Part shown: piece after piece, positions 28,425-38,063 of the stretch | How the letters are laid out: every line of letters begins with the position of its first letter | How positions within the stretch are numbered: position 1 is the first letter of the stretch | Assembly: GCA_964291295.2 (NCBI GenBank) | Contig: OZ219754.1 | Span: 1,984,001-2,048,000 of the forward strand | Source: an uncultured Candidatus Binatia bacterium | GTDB lineage: Bacteria; Desulfobacterota; Binatia; UBA9968; JAJDTQ01 | Length of the DNA: 64,000 bases | Direction: 5' to 3' | Made by a program: the position numbers and the translations under genes | The notes under the pieces: model-generated | Told to the model about the DNA's origin: nothing | The model's database searches: none | The model's input: the letters and a program-made list of their open reading frames with translations, nothing else

Positions 28425-30749
28425 ATGGCGACGAGCGAGAGGCCGCGGAGCGCACGGAATGGACAGCGCCCGGATTACCAGCGCCTGGACTACCAGGCCA
28501 AGCTCACGGGCCGCGCCGCCTATCTGGCGGACATGAAGATGCCCGGAGTCTGCGAGGGGGCGGTTCTGCGCAGTCCGGTGGCTCATGCGTGGGTCCGGTA
28601 CGTGGACGCGGCAGAGGCTCTCAAGGTGCCGGGGGTGGTGGCCGTCTACACGAGGGACGACGTCGTCCGGGGCAGCGGGATCGAGCCCTACTACGGACCG
28701 GTGTTCAAGGACCAGACCATCGTGGCGGTGGACAAGGTCCGGCACGTGGGGGATCCGGTGGCGGCGGTGGCGGCGGAGACCCGGGAGGCCGCCGAGGAGG
28801 CGGCGAACCGCATTGTCGTGGAGTACGAGGACCTGCCGCCGGTGATGGACGTGCGCGATTCGGTCCGGGAAGACGCCGTGCAGGTGCACGAGACCGTGCG
28901 CATTCCGGAGCACGGCTTTGCCGACCTTGCGGAACTCAAGCCCATCGAAGGCACCAACGTCTGCACCCACTTCAAGCTGCGCAAGGGCGACATCGAGCAG
29001 GGTTTCGCCGAATGCGCCCGCATCTTCGAGGACACCTTCGTTCTGCCCACCACCCAGCATGTGGCGCTGGAGCCCCACGGCTGCATCGCGTCGTTCCAGC
29101 CCGACGGGCGGGTGCATCTGTGGTCCACGACCCAGAACCCGTTCGTGGTCCGCACCCAACTCGCCAACATCTTCAAGATGCCGGTCTCCAAGGTCCGCAT
29201 CCGGGTGCCGTATCTCGGCGGTGGTTACGGCAGCAAGGTCTATCCCAAGATCGAGCCGCTGACCGTCGCCCTGGCGCGGAAGGCCGGGCGTCCGGTGCGC
29301 ATCGTGCTGAGCCGGGAAGAGGTGTTTTACACGGTGACCAAGCACGCTGCGGTCATCCGGATGAAGACCGGAGTCAAGGCCGACGGCACCTTTCATGCGC
29401 GGGAAGCGGAAGTCCTGCTCGATACCGGCGCGTTTGCGGAGATCGGTCCACGGGTGGCCAAGAAGTCGGCCTACACCGCGGCCGGCCCCTACAAGTTCAG
29501 GCACGTGAAGATCGACGCCAAATCGGTGTACACCAACAAGCCGCCGGCGGGCGCCTTCCGCGGCTTCGGCGTGTCCCAGTCGGCCTGGGCCAGCGAGTCC
29601 CAGACCGACATCATCGCCAGGGCGCTGGGCCGGGACCCTTACGAATTGCGCATGCAGAACATCTACGACGAGGGCGACGAGTTCGTCACCGGCGAGAAGC
29701 TTCGGAGCATCGGGGTCAAGGCCTGCCTGGAGAAGGTCGCCAGGGAGATGCGCTGGGGCGAGCCGGCGCCGGCGCCGGAGGACCCGTCCCGGGTGCGCGG
29801 CAGGGGGCTCGCGGCACTGATCAAGGCGACCATCACGCCGTCCATCTCGTGCGCCGCCATCAAGCTCAACGAGGACGGCAGCGTCAACGTGTTCACCAGT
29901 ACCGTGGAGATGGGCCAGGGGTCGGATACCGCCATGGCCGCCATCGTCGCCGGCACGCTGGGGATTTCCCTGGACCAGGTGTCGGTGCTGGGGGTGGATA
30001 CGGACGTCGTGCCCTATGATCTCACCACGTCGTCGAGCCGCTCCACCTTCCACATGGGCAAGGCTCTGGAGCTGGCGTCTCTGGATCTCTGCGAACAACT
30101 CCGCAGGTTCGTCGCCGAGGAGTACGCGGTCCCGTTCGAGGAGACCCGCGCCCAGGGCGGCAAGATTCTGTTCCGAGAAAACGCGCTGGACTTCCGCGAG
30201 GTGCTGTTCAATCATTTCGGCATGCAGGGAGGCACGCTGGTGGGCCGGGGCGAGGTGAAGACCCACACCACCGATCCGGACACCGGGGAAAAGACCACTT
30301 CGTCCTTCTGGTTCGTGGGCGCGGGCGGCAGCGAGGTGGAGATCGACAGGGACACCGGCCGGCTCCGGGTTCTCAGGCACGCCACCGCGGTGGACGTGGG
30401 CAGGGTGATCACGCCGTTGGGCTGCCAGCAGCAGCTCGTGGGCGGGGCCGTTACCGGCCTGGGCCAAGCGCTGTTCGAGCAGATGGTGTTCGACAACGGC
30501 GTCCTGGTCAATCCCAATCTGGTGGACTACGTGCTGCCGGCCTTGGGCGACATGCCCGACGAGATCACGCCCATAACCGTCGAGGTGCCTCACAGGAACG
30601 GACCCTTGGGCGCCAAGGGCATCGGCGAGACATCGCTGATCCCGGTGGCGCCTTCCATCGCCAACGCCGTGGACGATGCCGTGGGCGTGCGCATCAAGGA
30701 TCTGCCCGTGACCGCGGAGAAGATATTTCTGGGGATGCTCGACAAGTAG
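28425..30749 (+). CDS. Mo-hydroxylase molybdopterin-binding (large) subunit
   Basis: GGGYGSK, GAFRGFG, EMGQG, SSR, AKGIGE. Not the CODH AYxCSFR motif. Confidence 0.93.
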   Translation: MATSERPRSARNGQRPDYQRLDYQAKLTGRAAYLADMKMPGVCEGAVLRSPVAHAWVRYVDAAEALKVPGVVAVYTRDDVVRGSGIEPYYGPVFKDQTIVAVDKVRHVGDPVAAVAAETREAAEEAANRIVVEYEDLPPVMDVRDSVREDAVQVHETVRIPEHGFADLAELKPIEGTNVCTHFKLRKGDIEQGFAECARIFEDTFVLPTTQHVALEPHGCIASFQPDGRVHLWSTTQNPFVVRTQLANIFKMPVSKVRIRVPYLGGGYGSKVYPKIEPLTVALARKAGRPVRIVLSREEVFYTVTKHAAVIRMKTGVKADGTFHAREAEVLLDTGAFAEIGPRVAKKSAYTAAGPYKFRHVKIDAKSVYTNKPPAGAFRGFGVSQSAWASESQTDIIARALGRDPYELRMQNIYDEGDEFVTGEKLRSIGVKACLEKVAREMRWGEPAPAPEDPSRVRGRGLAALIKATITPSISCAAIKLNEDGSVNVFTSTVEMGQGSDTAMAAIVAGTLGISLDQVSVLGVDTDVVPYDLTTSSSRSTFHMGKALELASLDLCEQLRRFVAEEYAVPFEETRAQGGKILFRENALDFREVLFNHFGMQGGTLVGRGEVKTHTTDPDTGEKTTSSFWFVGAGGSEVEIDRDTGRLRVLRHATAVDVGRVITPLGCQQQLVGGAVTGLGQALFEQMVFDNGVLVNPNLVDYVLPALGDMPDEITPITVEVPHRNGPLGAKGIGETSLIPVAPSIANAVDDAVGVRIKDLPVTAEKIFLGMLDK

Positions 30750-30857
30750 CGGCGGGTTTCCGAACCCGAGCGGTGCGCGAAGCCGGACAGGCAGTGCAGG
30801 ACAGTCGTGGAACGACCCTGAAACGACCGTATCGTCGTGGGGCAAGGAGGAACCATC

Positions 30858-31628
30858 ATGAAACTCAAGGATCGCGTGGCGGTCATCACCGGCGCGGGCC
30901 GCAATATCGGCGAGTCGGCCGCCAGGCTGTTCGCCTCGGAAGGCGCAAAGGTGTGCGTCGCGGACATGGACCCCGGGCGGGGCGAGAAGGTGGTGAACGA
31001 CCTGAGGGACGCTGGCCATGAGGCCATCTACGCCAGGTGCAATGTCGCCAACGCCGAAGAGGTGAAGGCCATGGTGAAGGCGACGGTGGACGCCTTCGGC
31101 GGCATCGACATCCTCGTCAACAACGCCGCGGTGACGGATCACGAGACCATCTTCAGCATCTCCGAGGAGGAGTGGGACCTTGTCATCGACGTGACTCTCA
31201 AGGGACCGTTTCTCGTCGGCCGCTACGTGGCGGAGCAGATGGTCGCGCAGGGCCGGGGCGGCGTCATCGTCAACGTGGCCTCGACGTCGGGCCTTTCCGG
31301 CCGTACCGATGCCATCGCCTACATGGCGGCCAAGGGCGGCGTGGTCAACCTCTCCCGGGGCATGGCCGTGCAGCTCTCCCGGTACGACATCCGGGTCAAC
31401 TGTCTGACCCCCAACCGCTCGGGCTCTCCCGTGGGACAGGACGAGGGCGCCGAGGGGCGGGAGTTCAAGAATCTGGCGGGGCGGCTGGGCACCGCCGAAG
31501 ACCAGGCCCGGGCCATGCTGTTCCTGGCCAGCGACGACTCGGGCTTCGTGTGGGGCGCCAACCTCATCTGCGACGGCGGCGTCACCGCGGCCTCGAACTT
31601 CCCCAAGGACCGGGTGCCGGCCAACTGA
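30858..31628 (+). CDS. Short-chain dehydrogenase/reductase
   Basis: TGAGRNIG, NNAA, NVAS, YMAAK; SD AAGGAGG. Confidence 0.93.
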   Translation: MKLKDRVAVITGAGRNIGESAARLFASEGAKVCVADMDPGRGEKVVNDLRDAGHEAIYARCNVANAEEVKAMVKATVDAFGGIDILVNNAAVTDHETIFSISEEEWDLVIDVTLKGPFLVGRYVAEQMVAQGRGGVIVNVASTSGLSGRTDAIAYMAAKGGVVNLSRGMAVQLSRYDIRVNCLTPNRSGSPVGQDEGAEGREFKNLAGRLGTAEDQARAMLFLASDDSGFVWGANLICDGGVTAASNFPKDRVPAN

Positions 31629-31717
31629 TGGCATCCGGGTGGGTGCGGACGGCGGGCGCAGTCCGGCGGAGCCGGCGACGTGTCGGCGAAGGCGCCCGGC
31701 TTCATTGTCCAATCCCC

Positions 31718-31747
31718 TTGACATCGATTCCGGGCTTCGACTAGTGT
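31718..31747 (+). promoter_or_regulatory. Candidate sigma70 promoter/operator upstream of TRAP operon
   Basis: TTGACA-N18-TAGTGT, overlapped by a GACA...TGTC / TCGA...TCGA dyad. Confidence 0.4.
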
Positions 31748-32088
31748 CCTTCTGCGCTCCGTGAAGCGCGCGCCGTGAGGCGTGGAACAATGCGGTCCGG
31801 ACAGGAGACGCGACAGCGAGCGGGTCTCGCCAGCACGCCGGCGCGTTGTGACGACCCGGGTGAGGTGCTCTGCCAAGGGATGGATGAGGTTCCGGAAGGT
31901 TTCGGGACGGGGCGGCAGGGCTGGGCGGGATTGGCGGGCGGTTTCGGGCGGCGGTGTTTCGGGCGGCAGGGCGAGGCGGTTCTTCGGCGTGAGAATCCTG
32001 GCCGCGGCTGGACGGCGTGGGGTCATGACGCGGCACCGTCACGGCAAGGGAAACGCGTGACAAGACCGGTAACAGGAAGGGGGCAAGC

Positions 32089-33120
32089 ATGACGGCAATA
32101 CGAAAATCGTTGGTGGTCTTCCTGATGGTGGGGGTGCTGGGCGCTGCCGGGGCGGTAATGCCGGAAGACGTCCAATCGAAGATCATCCTCAAGGTGGCAA
32201 CCCAGTCCGCGCGCCCCGGCACCCCGCGCGCGGACTATCTGGTGCATTTCAAGAACGGTGTCGCGGAACGGACCAACGGCGAGATCGAGGTGCAGATCTT
32301 CTGGGCCAACTCCCTCGTGCACGCCAAGGAAGCCCTGGAGGCGGTGCAGTTGGGCACGTCCGACATGGCCGACCTCGCCATCGGCTACTTCTCCGACAAG
32401 GTCCGACTGCTGCAGGTGGCCGGGCTGCCCTTCTCCGTAAGCGATCCGGTGCAGGCGCGGAAAGGCGGCCTGCGCGTGCTCGCGCAGATCCCGGAGGCGA
32501 GCGCCGAACTCACCAAGTTCGGTCACGTGGTGGTGGGCATGACCGCGACGGCGAGCTACCAGCTGGTGGCCCATGATCCCATACGGAATCTGGCCGACCT
32601 GAAGGGAAAGAAGGTCGGCACCTTCGGCCGCATCGCGCCCAAGGCCATCAAGGCGTCGGGAGCGATCCCGGTGAGCACCACCGGCGGCGAGATGTACGAA
32701 GCGCTCCAGCGCAAGACCATCGACGCGCGCATCCTCTCCTTCGAGGCGGCCCAGCGGTTCAAGACCTACGAGGTGGCCAAGTACATGAGCAAGATCGAGA
32801 TGGGCGCCATCGCGGGTATCAACACGTTCACCATCAACAAGAGAAAGTGGGACTCGCTGTCGAAGGAACACCAGAAGATTCTCCTCGAAGAGGGCGAGAG
32901 GGTCGGGCAGTGGGAAGCTCAGGCGATGAAGGACGACGACGTCAAGTTCCAGAAGTACCTGAGGGGCAAGGGCGTCGAGATCGTCGACTTCTCCGCCGAG
33001 GATCGGGAGAAGTGGAAGAACAGCCCGGGCGTCAGGAAGATCTCCGGGGACTGGGTCGCCAGCATGGAGAAGCTGGGCCTGCCCGGCAAGAGGACTCTCG
33101 CGGTATTCCTGGGTGAATGA
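32089..33120 (+). CDS. dctP: TRAP substrate-binding protein
   Basis: Signal peptide, ERTNGEIEV, EAVQLG, DLKGKK, EMYEALQ, WDSL. Confidence 0.92.
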   Translation: MTAIRKSLVVFLMVGVLGAAGAVMPEDVQSKIILKVATQSARPGTPRADYLVHFKNGVAERTNGEIEVQIFWANSLVHAKEALEAVQLGTSDMADLAIGYFSDKVRLLQVAGLPFSVSDPVQARKGGLRVLAQIPEASAELTKFGHVVVGMTATASYQLVAHDPIRNLADLKGKKVGTFGRIAPKAIKASGAIPVSTTGGEMYEALQRKTIDARILSFEAAQRFKTYEVAKYMSKIEMGAIAGINTFTINKRKWDSLSKEHQKILLEEGERVGQWEAQAMKDDDVKFQKYLRGKGVEIVDFSAEDREKWKNSPGVRKISGDWVASMEKLGLPGKRTLAVFLGE

Positions 33121-33163
33121 AGCGGGGCGGCGGAGATGGAACCGCACCCTTGCTCCGGACCTT

Positions 33164-33198
33164 CGACCTTGCGGGGGCGGCCCGCCCCCGCAAGGTCG
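33164..33198 (+). terminator. Strong hairpin after dctP (attenuator/mRNA stabiliser)
   Basis: CGACCTTGCGGGGGCGG-C-CCGCCCCCGCAAGGTCG, 17-bp arms, no U tract. Confidence 0.6.
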
Positions 33199-33224
33199 GT
33201 CGTCAACCGCGGGATTGATCGGCC

Positions 33225-33770
33225 TTGAACCAGACGAACGATACCGGGTCCGCCCCGGACCGGGACAGCCATGAAACCCCGGAGGACCGCACCTGGGCGA
33301 CCCGGGTGCTCACCTTTCTGAACGAGATCAGCGGCTACCTCCTGTTCTTCATGATGCTGCTGATCACGGTGGACGTCACCGGGCGCTACATGTTCTCGAG
33401 TCCAATCCCCGGGACGCTGGAGTTCACCGAGTTTCTGATCGTGTTCGTGGTGTTCTTCAGCATGGCGTACGTCCAGCTCACCAAGCGGCACATCTGCGTG
33501 GAGCTGTTGACCCAGCGGCTGCCCCGGCGGGTGGCGGATGGCCTCGCGGTGGGGGTCCTGCTCATCGCGGCGGTGTTCTTCGCGCTCATGTGCTGGCAGT
33601 CGTGGCATGCCGGGATGTCGTCGCTGGAGTACCGCGAGGCGTCTGACGGGCTGGTGCAGATTCCGGTCTACCCGCCCAAGCTCGCCATCCCCTTCGGCGC
33701 TGCCCTGATCGCCATCCAGATGTTGCGCGACGCCTGGAAACGCTTTCGGAGCCTCATGACTCCCGGGTAG
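33225..33770 (+). CDS. dctQ: TRAP small permease
   Basis: DVTGRY, E..E, HICVELL; 4 TM segments. Confidence 0.9.
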   Translation: MNQTNDTGSAPDRDSHETPEDRTWATRVLTFLNEISGYLLFFMMLLITVDVTGRYMFSSPIPGTLEFTEFLIVFVVFFSMAYVQLTKRHICVELLTQRLPRRVADGLAVGVLLIAAVFFALMCWQSWHAGMSSLEYREASDGLVQIPVYPPKLAIPFGAALIAIQMLRDAWKRFRSLMTPG

Positions 33771-33777
33771 GCTTTGC

Positions 33778-35091
33778 ATGGATCCCACCTTCCTGGCGAT
33801 ACTCAGCGTATTCGTTCTCATCATCCTGCTGCTGTGCGGCCTTCACGTGGCCGTGTCGCTGGGGCTGGTGGGGGTGTTGGGCTTCGTGATGATCACCGAC
33901 AGCTGGTCCGCCGGCATCGGCCTGTTGCGAACCACGCCGTACAAGGTGGTGGCGAATTTCACGTTCTTCGCGATACCCGTCTTCATCCTGATGGGGCAGT
34001 TCGCCAACTACGGCGGCTTGAGCGCGGATATCTATTCGGTGGTTCACAAGTGGCTCGGGCGGGTGCGGGGCGGCCTCGCCATGGCCACCACGGCAAGCTG
34101 CGCCGCCTTTGCCGCGGCCTGCGGCTCCAGTGTGGCCACCGCCGCCACGTTCACGCAGGTGGCGCTGCCGGAAATGCTGAAGTATGGCTACGACAAGCGG
34201 ATCGCCACCGGCGCCATCGCGGCTTCGGGCACCCTGGGAGCGTTGATTCCTCCCAGTGGCCTCATGATCATCTACGGCATCATCACCGAGCAGTCCATCG
34301 GCAAGCTGCTGATCGCCGGCTTCATTCCCGGCCTCCTTTCGGCGCTGATCTACATGGGCATGATCTCCTGCTGGGTGCGGCTCCGGCCCGGGATGGCGCC
34401 TATCATCGAGGAGAGGCCGCCGTTGAGGGAGAAGCTCCTGTCCCTGTACCGGGTCTGGGGCATCGTCACGCTCTCCATCATTGTCATGGGAGCGATCTAC
34501 CTGGGCATCGCCACCCCCACCGAGGCGGGCGCCTTCGGCGCCTTCGGCGCCTTCGTGATCATGGTCGCCAAAGGCAGCTTCACGCGCCAGAGGCTCCGCA
34601 ACACCGTGCTCGACACCGCCACGTCCACCACGATGCTGTTCACCATCATCATCGGCGCCTACATCTTCAGCCGCTTTCTGGCTGTCACCAATGTGGGCCC
34701 GCAGCTTGCGGACTACCTGGTGAGTTCGGGCATGCCGCGCCACCTGATCCTGGCCGGATTCCTGCTGCTCTACGTGTTCCTGGGCATGTTCATGGACCCG
34801 GCGGCCATGATGGCCATCACCCTGCCCATCGTCTTTCCCATCGTGGTCGAGATGGGCTTCAGCGGCATCTGGTTCGGTGTGCTGGTGATCAAGACCTCGG
34901 AGATCGGCCTCATCACGCCGCCGGTGGGAATGAACGTCTATACCGTGAATGCCGCGGCCCATGGCATGGTGCGCCTTGAGGATATCTTCAAGGGCATCCT
35001 GCCGTTCTTCCTGATGGACGTACTCACCCTGGTGGTGCTGGTGGCCTTCCCGCAGATCTCCCTGTGGCTGCCGGGCCGGATGCTCGGGTAG
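33778..35091 (+). CDS. dctM: TRAP large permease
   Basis: GSSVA, GTLGALIPPS, TPTEAG, ITPPVG. Confidence 0.95.
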   Translation: MDPTFLAILSVFVLIILLLCGLHVAVSLGLVGVLGFVMITDSWSAGIGLLRTTPYKVVANFTFFAIPVFILMGQFANYGGLSADIYSVVHKWLGRVRGGLAMATTASCAAFAAACGSSVATAATFTQVALPEMLKYGYDKRIATGAIAASGTLGALIPPSGLMIIYGIITEQSIGKLLIAGFIPGLLSALIYMGMISCWVRLRPGMAPIIEERPPLREKLLSLYRVWGIVTLSIIVMGAIYLGIATPTEAGAFGAFGAFVIMVAKGSFTRQRLRNTVLDTATSTTMLFTIIIGAYIFSRFLAVTNVGPQLADYLVSSGMPRHLILAGFLLLYVFLGMFMDPAAMMAITLPIVFPIVVEMGFSGIWFGVLVIKTSEIGLITPPVGMNVYTVNAAAHGMVRLEDIFKGILPFFLMDVLTLVVLVAFPQISLWLPGRMLG

Positions 35092-35147
35092 GATCCCACG
35101 CCGCTGCGAACCCTGCCCGGGGTACGGCCGGGCGGCCGTCCCTTCAG

Positions 35148-35915
35148 CTACACGACTTCGTTTTTCTCGATGATGTCGAGAACCTGGTCCTCGAACTCGG
35201 CCAATTCCGCCCGGGTGGCGTTGGTGGGGGTCTCCATGTCGGCGAGGACCTTTCCGGGCCTGCCGAGGATGACCAGCCGCGAGCCGATCTCCAGGGCCTC
35301 GTGAATGTTGTGGGTGATGAGGAGGCAGGTTTTTCTGCTTGCGGTGACCAGCTCCAGGAAGACTTCGCGAAGCCGCCGGGCGGTGGACTGGTCCAGATGG
35401 CCGAAGGCCTCGTCGGCGAAGAAGATCTCCGGCGACAGGCAGAAGGCCCGGGCCATGCCCACCCGCTGGCGCATGCCGCCGGACAGCTCATGGGGAAAGG
35501 CGTCCTCGAAACCCTGGAGTTCGAGCTTGTGCAGCCATTCCAGGGCGATGTCGTTCTGTTCCTTTTCGCTGAACTCGAGAATCTCCAGACCCACCCGGGC
35601 GTTTTCCAGAGCCGTCCGCCACGGCAGCAGGCGGTCGGTCTGAAAGATCACGCCGAGCTTCGACCGGAAGTAGTCGAACTCCCGATAGGGGTCGTGCCCC
35701 AGCAATGCGATGGACCCCGCGGTGGGCTGCTCCAGGCCCAGGAGAAGGTTGAACGTGGTGGACTTCCCGCAGCCGGTCTTGCCCACGATGGCGACGATGT
35801 CGCCGCTGCCCACCTCGAGGTTGAGCCCGTCCACTGCGGTGAATCGATCGCCGTCCACCGAGGTGAAGACCATCTGCACGTCCCGCATGCGGACCACGGC
35901 ATCGGCGCCGCTCAT
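35148..35915 (-). CDS. ABC ATP-binding protein (TauB/SsuB-type)
   Basis: GKTGCGKS, LLPWRT, LSGGMRQR, ADE, ITH. Confidence 0.92.
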   Translation of the reverse strand: MSGADAVVRMRDVQMVFTSVDGDRFTAVDGLNLEVGSGDIVAIVGKTGCGKSTTFNLLLGLEQPTAGSIALLGHDPYREFDYFRSKLGVIFQTDRLLPWRTALENARVGLEILEFSEKEQNDIALEWLHKLELQGFEDAFPHELSGGMRQRVGMARAFCLSPEIFFADEAFGHLDQSTARRLREVFLELVTASRKTCLLITHNIHEALEIGSRLVILGRPGKVLADMETPTNATRAELAEFEDQVLDIIEKNEVV

Positions 35916-36751
35916 GTGGCCATGCCTCCCTGCCGGGCCGGGCGCCAGCGCAGCAGCTTTTGCTCCAGCATGAGAATGATCAGTTGGGTGATGAGCAGGA
36001 AGGTCACCAGCACCAGGGTCCAGGCGATGGCCTTCGGCATCTCGAACAGTTCCTGCGCCAGCAGCAGCTTGTTGCCGACGCCCCGGGTGGCGCCCACCAG
36101 TTCGGCGACGATGACCACGCGCGCCGCCAGCCCGAGGTTCACCTTCCATGCGGTCAGCACCGCGGGGATCATGCCCGGAAGGATCAGTTTGGCGAAGAGC
36201 TGTTTCCGGGTGGGGCGCAGGGCCCGCAGCATGTCCAGATACTCCTTGGCGATGCTCTTGATGCCGTCGTGAATGATCAGGGCATAGTTGGGCAGGCTGC
36301 CGGCCAGCAGGATGAAGGCGATACGCGTCTCCACGTGGCTGAACCAGATGATGGCGAAGACCACCCAGGAGAGGGCGGGTATGCCCATGATGAAGTGGAG
36401 CACCGGCAGGGTGTACTTCTCCACCTTTTCGGTAAAGCCCATGAACACGCCCAGGACGGTTCCGCTGATGAACGCCAGGATGAGTCCCAGGAATATCCTG
36501 CCCATGGTAATGAGCACGTCCGCCAGCAGGTGGAAGCTGGTGACGACCTCGATGAACGCGGCGACGATGACGCCGACGCTGGGGACAAGGTAGGGAGGAA
36601 GAAAGAGCGACGTGATCTGCCAAGCCGCCAGGATCACCGCGAACGAGATGATCGGCTCCTTCCGGGCGGCCACGAGCCCCAGGAGGCGGGCAGGCCGCGC
36701 CTCCCGGGGCCTGGTTGGCGAACCGGTGGTGCGGGTGGCGTTGGATTCCAT
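35912..36751 (-). CDS. ABC permease (TauC/SsuC-type)
   Basis: IPALSW, VIVAELVG..GVG; ATGA overlap with the ATPase. Confidence 0.9.
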   Translation of the reverse strand: MESNATRTTGSPTRPREARPARLLGLVAARKEPIISFAVILAAWQITSLFLPPYLVPSVGVIVAAFIEVVTSFHLLADVLITMGRIFLGLILAFISGTVLGVFMGFTEKVEKYTLPVLHFIMGIPALSWVVFAIIWFSHVETRIAFILLAGSLPNYALIIHDGIKSIAKEYLDMLRALRPTRKQLFAKLILPGMIPAVLTAWKVNLGLAARVVIVAELVGATRGVGNKLLLAQELFEMPKAIAWTLVLVTFLLITQLIILMLEQKLLRWRPARQGGMAT

Positions 36752-36766
36752 GCCGGCGGCGCGCGG

Positions 36767-37792
36767 CTAGCGGACCTTGCCCCGGTAGATGATGCCGTCG
36801 TCCGGCAGCTTCTTCATGTAGCCGCTCTCGATGCCGGCCTGGAACAGAGCCTTGATGTTGTTCTCTATCTCCGCCGCCGGCACCACGTCGAGAGGATAGC
36901 GCGCCGTGGCCAGCGCCATCAGGAATGCATGCTTGGGCACGCCGGCCGCATTCTCGATGATCGTGGCGGCCTCTTCATGGTGCGTCGGCAACCACCTGGC
37001 CAGTTCCTCGAAGGCCGCGTAGATCTTCGGGATCAACTCCTTGTGGCTGGCGATCCAGTCTTCGTGCGCCGAAATGCCCAGAAAACCCCTCTGCGGCACC
37101 CCGTGAATGGCCTGCCACTGGTGGAAGTACTCGATCATCTTGAGCTTGCCGGGGTTGCTGACCAGCATCTTGGAATAGTTGGGCTCCCAGATGTGCACCG
37201 CGTCGGCCCGCTTGGCCATCAGCAGGCTTGCCAATCCCGCGGTGTTGGTGGACTGGATCGCCACCTTGTCCAGGTCGACGCCCGCCTTGTGGGCAAAGTA
37301 GCGGAACATGGCGTAATTGGTGGTCACGGTGACCGCTCCCAGGCTCTTGCCTTCCAGGTCCGCGATGCTGTTGATGGCGGGGTCCATGGTCAACAGTGCG
37401 CCGTGTCCGTTGAGCACGTTGAACAGGTAGACCGACTTGACCCCCTTGAGCCGCCGGTTGGCTTCCGAAAGGAGCGCCGATGCGATGGTGATCCTGTCCC
37501 GGCCGGTGGCGAAGTCCGTGTTGGCCGCACGGGGCTTCTTGAAGGCCCACTGGATGTCGATGCCGTGCTTCTTGTCGAACTCGTTGGCTTCGATCAGGGA
37601 CGCCGTCGTGTGGCCGAAGGACGGCTTGTCGAAAGAGCCGATACTTACGGTGGGCATGTCCTGGGCCGGAACCGCGGCGGCGCCGGCCAGAGCCACCAGG
37701 GCCGCCAGCACCAGGACCACCAGGAAACTTGAAATTGTTGAAATTGGCCGTGAACTCGGTCGTGAGTCCGGCCGTGAACTCGGTCGAAGCAT
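36767..37792 (-). CDS. ABC substrate-binding protein (SsuA/NMT1-like)
   Basis: Signal peptide, KKHGID, IADLEGK, ADAVHIWEP. SD AAGGAGG precedes the ATG at 37792. Confidence 0.88.
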   Translation of the reverse strand: MLRPSSRPDSRPSSRPISTISSFLVVLVLAALVALAGAAAVPAQDMPTVSIGSFDKPSFGHTTASLIEANEFDKKHGIDIQWAFKKPRAANTDFATGRDRITIASALLSEANRRLKGVKSVYLFNVLNGHGALLTMDPAINSIADLEGKSLGAVTVTTNYAMFRYFAHKAGVDLDKVAIQSTNTAGLASLLMAKRADAVHIWEPNYSKMLVSNPGKLKMIEYFHQWQAIHGVPQRGFLGISAHEDWIASHKELIPKIYAAFEELARWLPTHHEEAATIIENAAGVPKHAFLMALATARYPLDVVPAAEIENNIKALFQAGIESGYMKKLPDDGIIYRGKVR

Positions 37793-38063
37793 GGCTTGTC
37801 CTCCTTGTGTCGGGGGCTCCTGACGGAGAGCAGTCATTCGCAGGTTTCCGATCCGCTGTCGGGTGAGAAAGGACCGTAGGCATTTTCGGCGTGCGTGTCA
37901 ACGGGAAGCGGCGGAGAAACACCACGAAGAATCACCGGCGCGGTCTTGAACTGCCCCATCCGTTCGGTTACATCCAGATGGGTCGCGGCCATGAAGGAAC
38001 GAAGGGGAACGAACGGAACCAATGGGACAAACCACCCGGTACAAACGAGCGCGGAGGTGACGC

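Noticed and set aside
26998-30749. Aerobic CO dehydrogenase (coxMSL)
   Set aside because: The large subunit has AFRGFG, not AYxCSFR or AYRGAGR, and there are no coxDEFG genes.
28347-32222. 1291-aa antisense ORF and similar long shadows (17570-20878, 45369-48461, 56613-59021)
   Set aside because: They mirror well-supported genes; stop codons are scarce at this GC content and no motifs are present.
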